The position numbers and the translations under genes are program-made. The notes under the pieces were generated by a model. The model searched no databases. It was not told the DNA's origin and was given only the letters and a program-made list of their open reading frames with translations. A stretch of DNA of 31,788 nt, from the IMG/VR virus record IMGVR_UViG_3300032243_000533, positions 1 to 31,788 of that record; one strand, 5' to 3'. The DNA is from a virus (taxonomy: Duplodnaviria; Caudoviricetes). Below are positions 9,442 through 19,093 of the stretch, piece by piece (within the stretch, counting starts at the first letter, position 1; each line of letters begins with the position of its first letter).

Positions 9442-12075
9442 CTATGATTCTACTGTAATAACTAGTCCGTCTTCTGTGCTGAATTCTAATGAACCCTCAG
9501 TTGAAACAGCGTTGTAAGCAGTATTTACAACAACCATATCTTGAATGTTTGCTGTATATGTAAAGGCACTAGTAACAGATAAATTTGTATTACTTATAAT
9601 ACTGTTGATAATTTTTATCTCTGAGTTTACTGCAATGTAAGCACCAAGTGTTATGAATCCAAGACTGTTTGCAACATTAAATTTAGTGTTGATACCTGTT
9701 ACATAGATACTTGAATTTGCCACATTTACTTTACCAGATAGTGTTTTGATTGTCTCTGGATAAACTAATGTCTCTACTGTTGCAGCTGATGAATCTAATA
9801 CATCTAATTTTTGCAGCTCTGAATATACTTGGAATCCAGCAGGATGCATTAATTCTTTAAATATTTTCTTATATTTAGAGAACTCCACAGTAGAGGATAA
9901 CAAATATGAGTAATCCATGTAGTAATCTCTACCTTGAATTTTTCTATCTGAAGAAGACAAGATACTGTCTGAAGTAGTCCATCTTCCTGGAAATGTTTGA
10001 TAAGTCGGTGATAGTGTTGCGTTTGCAGTCGCAGTTCCGTCACCAAACAATGTTAAGTCAACTAATGGTGTTGCGGTGAAACCTTCGCCTGGATCAGTAA
10101 TCGTAATCTCTTCAATTTCACCAGGTTTCTTTGTACCAGATGCAATTAGATTTTCACCATCACCCAAGATACCAATCACTCTTACAACTGCACCAGTACC
10201 AGTCGATGAACTGATTACAGCAGTTGGTATTTTATCTTGTGTGTAGCCTTGACCACCAACTAAGTTAGTGTCCCATTTTCTAACCGCTTTTGCAGTTTTA
10301 ATTTCTGAGAATGTTGTATTGACATTTAGTGAAGTATCAGATGCAATAACAATAACTTTCTTAGTCTCATTACCAATCATAATTCTATCACCCACAATCA
10401 ACTCACTTGTGAACAATGTTCCAACACCTGCAACCATAACATTTGATACTGAAGTTACACTTGCATTTCCTGTAATTTTTGAAGGTACAAATGCAACATT
10501 CGTAACTGCACCGATTGGTGATACATTGATAACTTCTGCAGCTGCGCCTGTACCAAATGACATTGGTTTAGATGTAAATATTAATTCGTCACCTTTTACA
10601 TATCCTGAACCACCATTATCGATAACTAATTTACCTAGTGAACCATAAGTGTCAATATAAACTGTTGTTGGATTTATAGTGTTTGCAGTCAATGGTGAAA
10701 TTGTCAAAGTTGCTGGTTCCGCATTTAATGTTGGTACTGTAGCAACAACTGCGTTTGCAGTAAGAATTGAAATAGTTGCAATCTCACCAATTGAAGTGTA
10801 AGATGCATTTGACATTGCTCTCATAATTGGAGTGCTAATGTAAGTATTGCCTGTTGTTGATGTATTACCAGGAAACTTCCAATTCGTAGAAGACAATAAA
10901 GTGTTTGCTGGATCAACATCAGAAATAACATCGGAGAATACTAAGAATGTATTTGCTGTGTTTTTTGTTGTTGTCTGTACCGATGCAATACCAAAATTCA
11001 ATTCTGTAGTTTCATATCCAACAGCTGCAATTCTTGATGCTGTTTTAAATCCTGAACCACCTTCATCGATTGCAACTTTGGTAATTGTGCCTTTAAATGT
11101 TTTAGAAATAATTGCATTTGCAGGTATTGTCGATACATCAGATGCGACAATAACTGGATCACCAACATTATAACTTGAACCACCGCCAATAATGTTGATT
11201 CTTAATAATGATGAGATTGAAGTAAATGACACATGAATTAAATTACCATCAATACCAATAACATCTGTAATGATGCCTTCACCAATAGTAAATTCACCAA
11301 GTAATGTTTTTGGACTAACATACAATTCTAAAATTGTTTTATTGTTAACAATATTCTTGGAAACTTTTTCTATTGTTGCCGTTGCATTAGAATCAACACC
11401 AGTAATTTTTCTATTGACAAAAATATTTTTATCTAAAGTTTGAGCATACTTAACTTTAATTACTGCGCCATTTGCTGGTGCAGTATTGAATACCAATTTT
11501 TGTGATTCTTTTCTAATTCCAAAACCAGTTGTTTGCAGAACACCATTTACATAAACAGAGACTTCACTTAATCCTAATTTGGCCAAAATATAAAAAGTTT
11601 TATTTGTTCCGTTACCAGTATAGTTTGAGTAAATTTCAGTTGATACTTTTACTGCATTTTCAATTTCCCATTTACCGTCAGATGCTCTAAGAACATTATT
11701 TTTTGGATAATTGATTTCAAGTTCACCACCAAACAACATTCTGAATAGTAACTTAAATGACTTCTCAGAACCTTTTGAGAGGTAAAGTGGTAATACATTT
11801 TTAATCAATAGAGCTTTGTCTATTGTTGTTTCTTTTGGTAAAAATGTAGCATATGAATTTAAAAACTGTTCTTCGAATTCATCTATAGAAGTATCAACAT
11901 CAGAAATGTATTTTAATTCTTTTGATTTGGTAATCAAATCATTCTTTTTAGTACCTTGTTTGTTTTCTAAAAATTCATAATATGCTTCTAAAAATGAAAT
12001 GAAAACAGGATACTCTTCCCGAACGAATTCAGGAACTTGTTTGTTGATTAACAGCGATACTTTATTGTCAGTCAT
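9442..12075 (-). CDS. gp7: Baseplate wedge initiator gp7-like (877 aa)
   Basis: QVPEFVREEYPVFISFLEAYYEFLE, LYLSKGSEKSFKLLFRMLF, LRASDGKW and C-terminal YYMDYSYLL...K.LMHPAGF; directly follows gp6 (TAATG coupling). Confidence 0.85.
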   Translation of the reverse strand: MTDNKVSLLINKQVPEFVREEYPVFISFLEAYYEFLENKQGTKKNDLITKSKELKYISDVDTSIDEFEEQFLNSYATFLPKETTIDKALLIKNVLPLYLSKGSEKSFKLLFRMLFGGELEINYPKNNVLRASDGKWEIENAVKVSTEIYSNYTGNGTNKTFYILAKLGLSEVSVYVNGVLQTTGFGIRKESQKLVFNTAPANGAVIKVKYAQTLDKNIFVNRKITGVDSNATATIEKVSKNIVNNKTILELYVSPKTLLGEFTIGEGIITDVIGIDGNLIHVSFTSISSLLRINIIGGGSSYNVGDPVIVASDVSTIPANAIISKTFKGTITKVAIDEGGSGFKTASRIAAVGYETTELNFGIASVQTTTKNTANTFLVFSDVISDVDPANTLLSSTNWKFPGNTSTTGNTYISTPIMRAMSNASYTSIGEIATISILTANAVVATVPTLNAEPATLTISPLTANTINPTTVYIDTYGSLGKLVIDNGGSGYVKGDELIFTSKPMSFGTGAAAEVINVSPIGAVTNVAFVPSKITGNASVTSVSNVMVAGVGTLFTSELIVGDRIMIGNETKKVIVIASDTSLNVNTTFSEIKTAKAVRKWDTNLVGGQGYTQDKIPTAVISSSTGTGAVVRVIGILGDGENLIASGTKKPGEIEEITITDPGEGFTATPLVDLTLFGDGTATANATLSPTYQTFPGRWTTSDSILSSSDRKIQGRDYYMDYSYLLSSTVEFSKYKKIFKELMHPAGFQVYSELQKLDVLDSSAATVETLVYPETIKTLSGKVNVANSSIYVTGINTKFNVANSLGFITLGAYIAVNSEIKIINSIISNTNLSVTSAFTYTANIQDMVVVNTAYNAVSTEGSLEFSTEDGLVITVES

Positions 12076-14120
12076 TACACTTCGGATAATTCAGTAGTTA
12101 TGGAAACTGGATCATCTACATCAATTGTAATGATTGTATCTCTTGAAGAAGTAATAATACCTCTTTCCGATTCAATACTGATTCTCATCAAGTTGTCTGG
12201 TGTTGAAATTGAATCAATATTCAAATCTTTTAATGTAATCAAACCAGTTGTATAGTTGATTGTTCCGGCTTCTGCATTGATAATTTTCTTTTCTGCATTT
12301 TCATCATAGTAAAATGTTCTAAGTGTACCAAATCTACCATCAAGAATTGCAATCGCAGATGCACCATAACCACCACCGCCTGAGATTGATACTAATGCTC
12401 TGGTATAATTAATACCTCTTTTAGAAATTACAATGTTTGTTATTTTGCCATTTGTAAGAACAGCAGTTGCAACCGCACCAACACCATCACCAGTAATAGT
12501 TACTGTCGGTTCAGATGTGTATCCTGTGCCTGCATTTGTTACTTGAATTTCAGAAACACCAGTAAATGATTCTGGAGTCTCTTCAATCTGTGCTATTCTT
12601 AAAACATTAATAGAGTCATAAATGGTAAATTGAGAACTTGTTAACTTGTTGGTTGAAGTGCCTCTATGCAACAATGCATTATAATCGATTTCATATGTTG
12701 TTGATTGGCCTAATTGTAACGCAAATCTTTTTTCTAATCTTAACATTGTTTCTGAACCAGCAATTGTGTTAGTATCAACACCATCAATTGTTTCTTGTAA
12801 CTTAGAAAGAATAAAAGTTGCATTGAATTTATTTAAATAAGTATTTGAATAGTTAACAATTGCATTTTTAATTGCATTTTTAATTGCATTGGCAGAACTA
12901 ACAGTTTTTGTCTTATCATATTTAACTGTATTTTTAACCAATAGATACAAATATTTTGCATCTCTGATTTCCGAACTTACGGCAACAATTGCTTTTGGTT
13001 TAATAATTTCATCAACAATTCTTTGCTTCTCTGTTTCGGAAATATAATAATTTGTTTTTGGTTTTAATGCAATATAAACTTTGCCATATGATGGTGGTAC
13101 TTCATCTTCACCACCCCATACAGATAGTGAATCAACATTTGGATAGTTCTTCTTTATATAAGATTCATAATCTTTAAATGTTACCAATCTGTTTTGTGAA
13201 GAAAATTGTGATGCAGCACTAAATTTAATTTCATCTATAGTTTCTCTACTAGAACCACCGGCTGCAGCATTATTCGTAGTAATTACAATTTGACTAAGTC
13301 CATTGATTGTAGCATTAGGAACAAAATCTGATGCTTTATTTCCGGCCGCCCCATTTGAAACCAAATAACTAACAGTAATTACTGCACCATCCTCTAGTGT
13401 TTTTCCTATAGTACCATCACTAAAATAAATTTTGTAATTTCCATTCTTATCTTCTTGTAAGAAAAAGACAGAAGAATCAACAGTAACATCCAAAATATCG
13501 GTTGCTAAATTATAAACTTCAGTAAATGTATTACCTGCATTTGGTGATACTGTAACTTTAATTGTGCTTGTATCAATGTTACTACTTGGCAAAATGAATG
13601 TAGATTTTGGATTTGAATTTTGATTATATGTAAATTGATATGTGTTTAATGAACCTTCATATACTTGCAAATTTTCAAAATAAAAAGCTGTTCCTGATTT
13701 TGTTGCAGTTGCATCATCCAATAAAGTAAAATTATATGAAGTTTCGTCTATTAAATTAGAACTAAAAGAAAATCCTCTAGCTAAAGTAATTATACTTGGA
13801 GTTGTATTACCACTTTCAACAGTAACATTAATTGTTGCCATTGCAGCTGTAGTTGAATATGGTGTATAACCTAAAGTCTTTGCGTGTGAAACAACAGAGT
13901 CTCTTAAAATGGCAGTATCTAAAAATGATTCATTAGCAACCATATTCAAGTAATATGAATTGTAGTGGGTATTATAGGCAAGAATATCCAACAAAACAGA
14001 AAGGCCTGAGCCTTCAAAATCATAATCTTGAAATGTGTTTTGTTGTTGTAAATAACTTTTTAAATTTTGCTTGATTTGGTCAAAATCAAGGTCTGAAATT
14101 TGTAAACGAGCGTTAGCCAT
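12075..14120 (-). CDS. gp6: Baseplate wedge subunit gp6 (681 aa)
   Basis: LDFDQIKQNLKSYL..Q..FQDYDFEGSGLSVLLDILAYNTHYN, SVVSHAKTLGY, SQNRLVTFKDYE, VWGGEDEVPPSYGKVYI. Confidence 0.95.
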   Translation of the reverse strand: MANARLQISDLDFDQIKQNLKSYLQQQNTFQDYDFEGSGLSVLLDILAYNTHYNSYYLNMVANESFLDTAILRDSVVSHAKTLGYTPYSTTAAMATINVTVESGNTTPSIITLARGFSFSSNLIDETSYNFTLLDDATATKSGTAFYFENLQVYEGSLNTYQFTYNQNSNPKSTFILPSSNIDTSTIKVTVSPNAGNTFTEVYNLATDILDVTVDSSVFFLQEDKNGNYKIYFSDGTIGKTLEDGAVITVSYLVSNGAAGNKASDFVPNATINGLSQIVITTNNAAAGGSSRETIDEIKFSAASQFSSQNRLVTFKDYESYIKKNYPNVDSLSVWGGEDEVPPSYGKVYIALKPKTNYYISETEKQRIVDEIIKPKAIVAVSSEIRDAKYLYLLVKNTVKYDKTKTVSSANAIKNAIKNAIVNYSNTYLNKFNATFILSKLQETIDGVDTNTIAGSETMLRLEKRFALQLGQSTTYEIDYNALLHRGTSTNKLTSSQFTIYDSINVLRIAQIEETPESFTGVSEIQVTNAGTGYTSEPTVTITGDGVGAVATAVLTNGKITNIVISKRGINYTRALVSISGGGGYGASAIAILDGRFGTLRTFYYDENAEKKIINAEAGTINYTTGLITLKDLNIDSISTPDNLMRISIESERGIITSSRDTIITIDVDDPVSITTELSEV

Positions 14121-14122
14121 CT

Positions 14123-14527
14123 TTATCTAATCCGTTCTAGGAAGAAATTAATTGTTATTGGTGAAGTTCTGTTAACAACATAAAATTCCATATAAACTTT
14201 GAACCCATTATTTTCATAATCTGGAGACACATTAATTCTTGATACATTAGCTCTTGGTTCGTAATTTTTAATAGTTTGAGAAATTTCATTTTCCAATACT
14301 GTTGAGGTAATAGTGTCCATGTTTTCAAACAACATTCTGCGGACATTACTACCAATTTCTGGTTGAAACGGTCTTTCGTAATGATTAGTCAAAATAAGAT
14401 TTTTAATAGAATTAATAACCGCTGTCTCATTCGTATGACGGTTGATATCTTTTTTGACCGGATGTATAGTGAAGTTTAAATCTAAATCACTAAATGCAGT
14501 TAGTATGTTTGTGGTTACAGTTGCCAT
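14123..14527 (-). CDS. gp25: Baseplate wedge / sheath initiator gp25 (134 aa)
   Basis: FSDLDLNF..HP, AVINSIKNLILT..YERPFQPEIGS, IKNYEPR (GPW/gp25 family). Confidence 0.95.
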   Translation of the reverse strand: MATVTTNILTAFSDLDLNFTIHPVKKDINRHTNETAVINSIKNLILTNHYERPFQPEIGSNVRRMLFENMDTITSTVLENEISQTIKNYEPRANVSRINVSPDYENNGFKVYMEFYVVNRTSPITINFFLERIR

Positions 14528-14531
14528 CTTC

Positions 14532-14539
14532 TATTTATG
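14532..14539 (-). promoter_or_regulatory. Putative late promoter (CATAAATA) for gp25-gp6-gp7
   Basis: NATAAATA 4 nt upstream of the gp25 ATG. Confidence 0.6.
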
Positions 14540-15371
14540 AGTTAAGCCTGGTCAAAAGCTTGCTTGTTCCTGTGTAATCATTAACTAAAGTTGTTTCAGA
14601 TTCACCCATATCTGAGAACTGTCTTACTGTTTTGTAATCATTTACCATGGTTTTCATGTTAGTAAAAAATGTCTCATCATGCGTTCTACGAGTATTCATA
14701 AAAGTAATCATATCTGAGATACCAGAATAGAGTGTGTTTGCTTGAGTTAAAGTCAAATTTGATGTGCCATTTGGTGTTGTGGTAAGACTAACATTTATTG
14801 TATTAGAATAAGTCTGAATTGTGTTTGAATAAACATTCATTTCCGGACCAGTAAAAAGACTAGTCAAAGCACCATTCATAATTGAAGTATTACTAATACC
14901 ATCTGTTTGGTATATAATATACATTAAACTTCTTGCATATCCTTTAACAGTATCTTTGAATGGTTTCGTTGATGCAATCGTAGAACCAGCTTCTGTAATG
15001 TAATCAGAATATGATGTTACACCAGAAATTCTATCTGTATGGTCTTTAAAACTATTTGATGCCGTATAAAGACTGCTGGTTAAATTTGTAACATTTGCCA
15101 TTACAGCAGCAACACCAATGATACTGAAAGTCACATTTGAGTTCAAAGTAGAATACATCGTATTTGCAGTAACGGAAATAGTTGTTGATGCATTACCAAT
15201 TGGGTTTCTAATATATCCACTAACATTACTGTCTGAAATGTCTTGTGTTTGCCAATCTTCAATTAATGAAGGAACAGCATCTAAATGTGCTTTTGTGTTT
15301 GCAGAAAATTCTGTTATGTCACCATGTGGATCACTATAGTTATATCCTAATTTTTGAAATAATGTTGCCAT
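14535..15371 (-). CDS. Hypothetical protein, probably virion-associated (278 aa)
   Basis: Long Thr/Ser/Asn-rich ORF with AAGGA SD, between gp5-C and gp25; no family recognised. Confidence 0.6.
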   Translation of the reverse strand: MATLFQKLGYNYSDPHGDITEFSANTKAHLDAVPSLIEDWQTQDISDSNVSGYIRNPIGNASTTISVTANTMYSTLNSNVTFSIIGVAAVMANVTNLTSSLYTASNSFKDHTDRISGVTSYSDYITEAGSTIASTKPFKDTVKGYARSLMYIIYQTDGISNTSIMNGALTSLFTGPEMNVYSNTIQTYSNTINVSLTTTPNGTSNLTLTQANTLYSGISDMITFMNTRRTHDETFFTNMKTMVNDYKTVRQFSDMGESETTLVNDYTGTSKLLTRLNS

Positions 15372-15380
15372 AATATATCC

Positions 15381-16295
15381 TTAAATCATCGTTGGGGTTG
15401 GGAAACCAGTAGGACCTTTTGGTGTTGGATGAATATGTAAATCATACATAAATGTATTGATATAATCTGTCATCAAAATAGCAGAAGATATTCCTATACT
15501 GGCATATCCAATATTTGTCTTTAAAAAGTTTCCTGTTGGTGCTGTTACTGAACCTAGTGCTGTAATTGAACCAACAATATCAATGCATCCATGACTTGCA
15601 ACTGGTGTTGCTGGTGTTGGTCTACCAAGACTTAAACCACCAAGTGTGGATGTGAATCCATCTGGACCAGCATAAACGCCAGTACCAGCATTAACTCTAA
15701 GTTTTGTTGTTAAACTATCACATGTAATTTTTCCAGCAACATTTAAATTGGAACTTAATGTCAAACTCTGTGCAGCACCAAATCTTAATCTTCCACCAAA
15801 TTTTTCATTAGCTGCAACACTCATATTCGCATCACTAGAAATTGAAGTGTCTTTAACAGACCGCACATTCAATTTACCTTTAACTGCAAGATTATAGTCA
15901 CCATTAACTTCCTGATTAAAGTCACCGTCAACTTGCATATTGCAGTCACCCTTAACTACAATATTACATACACCACTAACATATACATTCTTTTTACCAA
16001 TTGTAATATCAAAACCTTCACCAAAAACTTTTATAACTTGTTTGCCATCAGGATGCATTTCAATAAAGTTTTTAGATTTACCGTGTTGTATCCTTACTCT
16101 TTCTCTTCCAGGAGTATCGTCTAATTGAATAGAATGACCTGCCTCACTATCCCATGTTTGATTATATGGTGATACTGGCGGATGATCCGGATCAGCTGCA
16201 GATGGCGGTTCTTGAAATAAGTTGTCGGAAGGATTTGAATTTAACGAAGCAGATATTAACGCATATGCTTTATCGTAATCACTATTTGTTGCCAT
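15381..16295 (-). CDS. gp5: Central spike, gp5 C-terminal part (beta-helix with HxH apex; 304 aa)
   Basis: LFQEPPS...PYN...SEAGHSIQLDDTPGRERVRIQH...IEMHPDG matches the T4 gp5C motif LFKEP..YPY....ESGH..EFDDTPG.ER; 8-residue VxG repeats (VSGVCNIV/VKGDCNMQ/VDGDFNQE/VNGDYNLA/VKG); ends HIHPTPKGPTGFP. Confidence 0.85.
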   Translation of the reverse strand: MATNSDYDKAYALISASLNSNPSDNLFQEPPSAADPDHPPVSPYNQTWDSEAGHSIQLDDTPGRERVRIQHGKSKNFIEMHPDGKQVIKVFGEGFDITIGKKNVYVSGVCNIVVKGDCNMQVDGDFNQEVNGDYNLAVKGKLNVRSVKDTSISSDANMSVAANEKFGGRLRFGAAQSLTLSSNLNVAGKITCDSLTTKLRVNAGTGVYAGPDGFTSTLGGLSLGRPTPATPVASHGCIDIVGSITALGSVTAPTGNFLKTNIGYASIGISSAILMTDYINTFMYDLHIHPTPKGPTGFPTPTMI

Positions 16296-16302
16296 AATTT
16301 TC

Positions 16303-17214
16303 CTAAGGTGTCGATTTCTTCAAAAAGTCTGGATCAGCAGGAACTTCTAAAGCGTCTGGAATAGTTCCAGCGTATGCAGTTATTGTTGCGTTTGCACCAG
16401 CAATGTCAGATTCACTAACTGGCGCTAATAGTCCTACTGTTCCAGAAACTGCAATACCTACTGCTAATCCGGCCGCAGTAGTAGATGCTGACAATAAATC
16501 AGCTGTAGCATTATATGCATCTTTTGCAGCTGCAGCTAATTCTGAAAAGCCTTGTCCTGCATCAGCATTTTTAATTAACGGTGTTTCAGCGTTAACTTCA
16601 GCACCAGCAGCTGCCCACTCATCTGTAATAATACTACCTAAAGCGGCCAATAATTTAGTTAAACATTCTTTTAACATTGCAAGTATTTTTGCTGGTAGAC
16701 TTAAAATCCATTGAATAATTGCCCTAATTTTGATAAGAACTGCCAATACATATTTTTCAAATTCAATAATTGGTTGAATATATTCATCATTTACATATTG
16801 AACAAATTCAGCAATTGATTGTAACGCATCAATCACTTGAGAAAAAACACCAGATGAATCAGCACCACTCATTAGTAGTTGCATACTTCTAATACCTTCT
16901 CTAATCCATTTTGCAATAGCTCTTATATATTTCCGCAATGCCATATTCTTTTTTAGCGCAACAGAAAAATCACAAGAATGAATCAATTGTTCATTTGTTG
17001 AAGCAATGCTACCAGAAACATCACCTCTTGTTTGTGGAGATTGCGAAGGCAAACCAACAGTAGAAACATCATTAGCATTTCCTGGTTTTGCAGAAGCGGA
17101 AGTTGTTGCTACTACTGGTTTTGTTTTCTTTTTTGTTTTTGCAACTGCGGCTACAGTTGGTGTATCTGGTATATCACCAATAACATTACCCAATGCGTCA
17201 TATGTAATAGCCAT
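16303..17214 (-). CDS. Helical Ala-rich protein at the gp5 middle (lysozyme) position (303 aa)
   Basis: Lies between the gp5 OB and gp5-C genes; low-complexity N-terminus followed by amphipathic helices; no T4-lysozyme motif visible. Confidence 0.55.
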   Translation of the reverse strand: MAITYDALGNVIGDIPDTPTVAAVAKTKKKTKPVVATTSASAKPGNANDVSTVGLPSQSPQTRGDVSGSIASTNEQLIHSCDFSVALKKNMALRKYIRAIAKWIREGIRSMQLLMSGADSSGVFSQVIDALQSIAEFVQYVNDEYIQPIIEFEKYVLAVLIKIRAIIQWILSLPAKILAMLKECLTKLLAALGSIITDEWAAAGAEVNAETPLIKNADAGQGFSELAAAAKDAYNATADLLSASTTAAGLAVGIAVSGTVGLLAPVSESDIAGANATITAYAGTIPDALEVPADPDFLKKSTP

Positions 17215-17215
17215 A

Positions 17216-17452
17216 TTATATCTCTTTGTTTTCCAAATGATATACTCTTAAAATTCCATCCAACAATTCTCTATAACAAACATCAAGTTCGGCATGTTCT
17301 TTGTCCAATACAATATCATTGTGGCAATGACAATCCAATTCTTTTATTCGTTTCACAAATTCTTCAGATGTGATTGCACCTGCATCATATAGTATATGAA
17401 TTTTATTTGCTTTAGCTGTTAATGTGTGCAATTCTTGTAATTTTCTGCTCAT
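17216..17452 (-). CDS. Small protein with a SHOCT-like motif (78 aa)
   Basis: LYDAGAITSEEFVKRIKEL resembles the SHOCT pattern L.d.G.It.eEF..kk..L; ATGA overlap with the upstream OB gene. Confidence 0.55.
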   Translation of the reverse strand: MSRKLQELHTLTAKANKIHILYDAGAITSEEFVKRIKELDCHCHNDIVLDKEHAELDVCYRELLDGILRVYHLENKEI

Positions 17453-17754
17453 TTTATTTTCAATCCAGGTAAAACACCCATCATCACTGGTTGTTGTGCG
17501 TTTTCACCATCTAAAAAGAAACCTAAAATCCAATCACCTAATTGTGGCGCAGAAAACATTTTAGAGCCATTAATTGGATACATTGGATGCGCCCAAGGTA
17601 AATTTGCGGTTGGTAATTTTAATTTATTTGTGTTATGCCAACCAAATATTCTCACTTGGCATCTTCCCATTGCTAGTGGATCAGCTCTATTTTCAAGTTC
17701 ACCAACCCACCAAATAAATCCATCTTTTCCGGCAAAATTTGTATTATTCATCAT
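17449..17754 (-). CDS. gp5: Stand-alone gp5 N-terminal OB-fold domain (101 aa)
   Basis: F.WWVGELENRADPLAMGRCQVRIFGWH......PT..LPWA.PM.P, G.WILGFFLDGENAQQPVMMGVLPG is the gp5 OB signature; a stop follows immediately. Confidence 0.9.
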   Translation of the reverse strand: MMNNTNFAGKDGFIWWVGELENRADPLAMGRCQVRIFGWHNTNKLKLPTANLPWAHPMYPINGSKMFSAPQLGDWILGFFLDGENAQQPVMMGVLPGLKIK

Positions 17755-17767
17755 GTTTATTTAGAGT

Positions 17768-19093
17768 TCATATTGAACGAGTTGTTGAAGCTACAAGTTC
17801 ATTATTTGTAGAGTCAGTAGCTATTTCACAAAAAGTTTCATGTTTTTGTGGATTAATCATATGTCTTGTTGCAACAATTAAATATTTACCAGAAACAGAT
17901 TTATCATATTGTTCAGTAACATCATCATTGATTGCAAAAGATTTTGCATCAACATTCAAAACATAACCAGAAGTTACTGCAAAATTTCCAGGTAAAGTAA
18001 TTGTCATTTTTCTTTGCGCTAAATTATTTAATATAGCTTTTCTTCTTGGAATATATTCGTGTGTATCATCAATCATTAAAGATTTGCTGGTATCATTTGA
18101 GTTTACATATTCCCAACTACTTCTATATTTTTGAAACGGATATAAATTAACTTTTGAAAAAGGCATTAAACCAGCATCTTTGCCTTCTCTGTTGTTTGAA
18201 ATGTAAATTGAAGGATTATCATTCAAATGATTTCCTTTATAATGATTTCTCAAACCATAATCTTTTTCAACCAATGTCCGTGTTAAAATATCGAATCCAA
18301 CAAATCTATTAGCATAAAAACCATTTCTTGTATTTTCTAAAATGTCAAATGATGTTGTCATACTATAATCTCTCACACCAAAAAATTCTGAAGTAATATC
18401 ATCCGATAATATATTTTTAGGTAAAAAATTAACAGAAAAAATTGGAGGTATTGAAAATAATTTGTCTAAAGATACAAAATTAAATCCGTATTGATTTTCA
18501 AAAAATAAAAAATCAGCTGAACTGTTATTACTAACTGTTCTTTTTGCTAACCAATTCATCGCATCAATTGGTGATAATAAAGGAACTACTGCATTATGAA
18601 TACCTTTTGTATTTTCAATAATTCCTATTTTATCTTTTGGTACTTTTAAATAATTTTTTAAAATAGAATTTGCAATATCAGAATAAATTCCAGTAAAAGA
18701 TTGACTAATTTTTTGTTGAGCTGAATATATCATTTCTTCAGAAACAAAATGCAAAACATAAGATTCTGTCGATTGATTTGTATTTTTTCTATTTGTTTGT
18801 TTAAATATTCTAAAAGATTTTGTTAAATTTGTTAAGTTACCATCGGAGGCTTCATCACTTTTTGATATACTAATGTGCAAATATTCGGTACCGTCAAAAA
18901 TTAATCTTTTAGATAATCCAACAGAATCATTAAGTAAAATATTACCAGACATACATGGTGTTAATATACTATCAAAAATATTTAACTCTTCAAAAATTGA
19001 AGATATGTCTATAGGTTCTTTACTAAGTTTTGAATCAATCGCAAGTTTTTTTATAGTAAATTGCGTTGATTGTGTAAATTCAAGTTTTGCCAT
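17768..19093 (-). CDS. Putative baseplate hub, gp27-like (441 aa)
   Basis: ELNIFDSI..P.MSG.ILL.DS.G, FLFFEN..GFNFVSLD.L, ITLPGNF....G, SGKYLIVATRH.I; position between gp53 and gp5. The gp27 assignment is inferred. Confidence 0.65.
   Translation of the reverse strand: MAKLEFTQSTQFTIKKLAIDSKLSKEPIDISSIFEELNIFDSILTPCMSGNILLNDSVGLSKRLIFDGTEYLHISISKSDEASDGNLTNLTKSFRIFKQTNRKNTNQSTESYVLHFVSEEMIYSAQQKISQSFTGIYSDIANSILKNYLKVPKDKIGIIENTKGIHNAVVPLLSPIDAMNWLAKRTVSNNSSADFLFFENQYGFNFVSLDKLFSIPPIFSVNFLPKNILSDDITSEFFGVRDYSMTTSFDILENTRNGFYANRFVGFDILTRTLVEKDYGLRNHYKGNHLNDNPSIYISNNREGKDAGLMPFSKVNLYPFQKYRSSWEYVNSNDTSKSLMIDDTHEYIPRRKAILNNLAQRKMTITLPGNFAVTSGYVLNVDAKSFAINDDVTEQYDKSVSGKYLIVATRHMINPQKHETFCEIATDSTNNELVASTTRSI

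Noticed and set aside
17216-17452. Intron, homing endonuclease or translational bypass joining the gp5 pieces
   Set aside because: The gap is filled by a coupled ORF; no group I core or HNH/GIY-YIG/LAGLIDADG motif is visible, and each piece has its own start. Not formally excluded without RNA data.
5944-17452. Stop-codon reassignment explaining the gene splits
   Set aside because: TAG, TGA and TAA all end genes at their expected C-termini (e.g. gp8 TAG, gp4 TGA), and long genes are open in the standard code.
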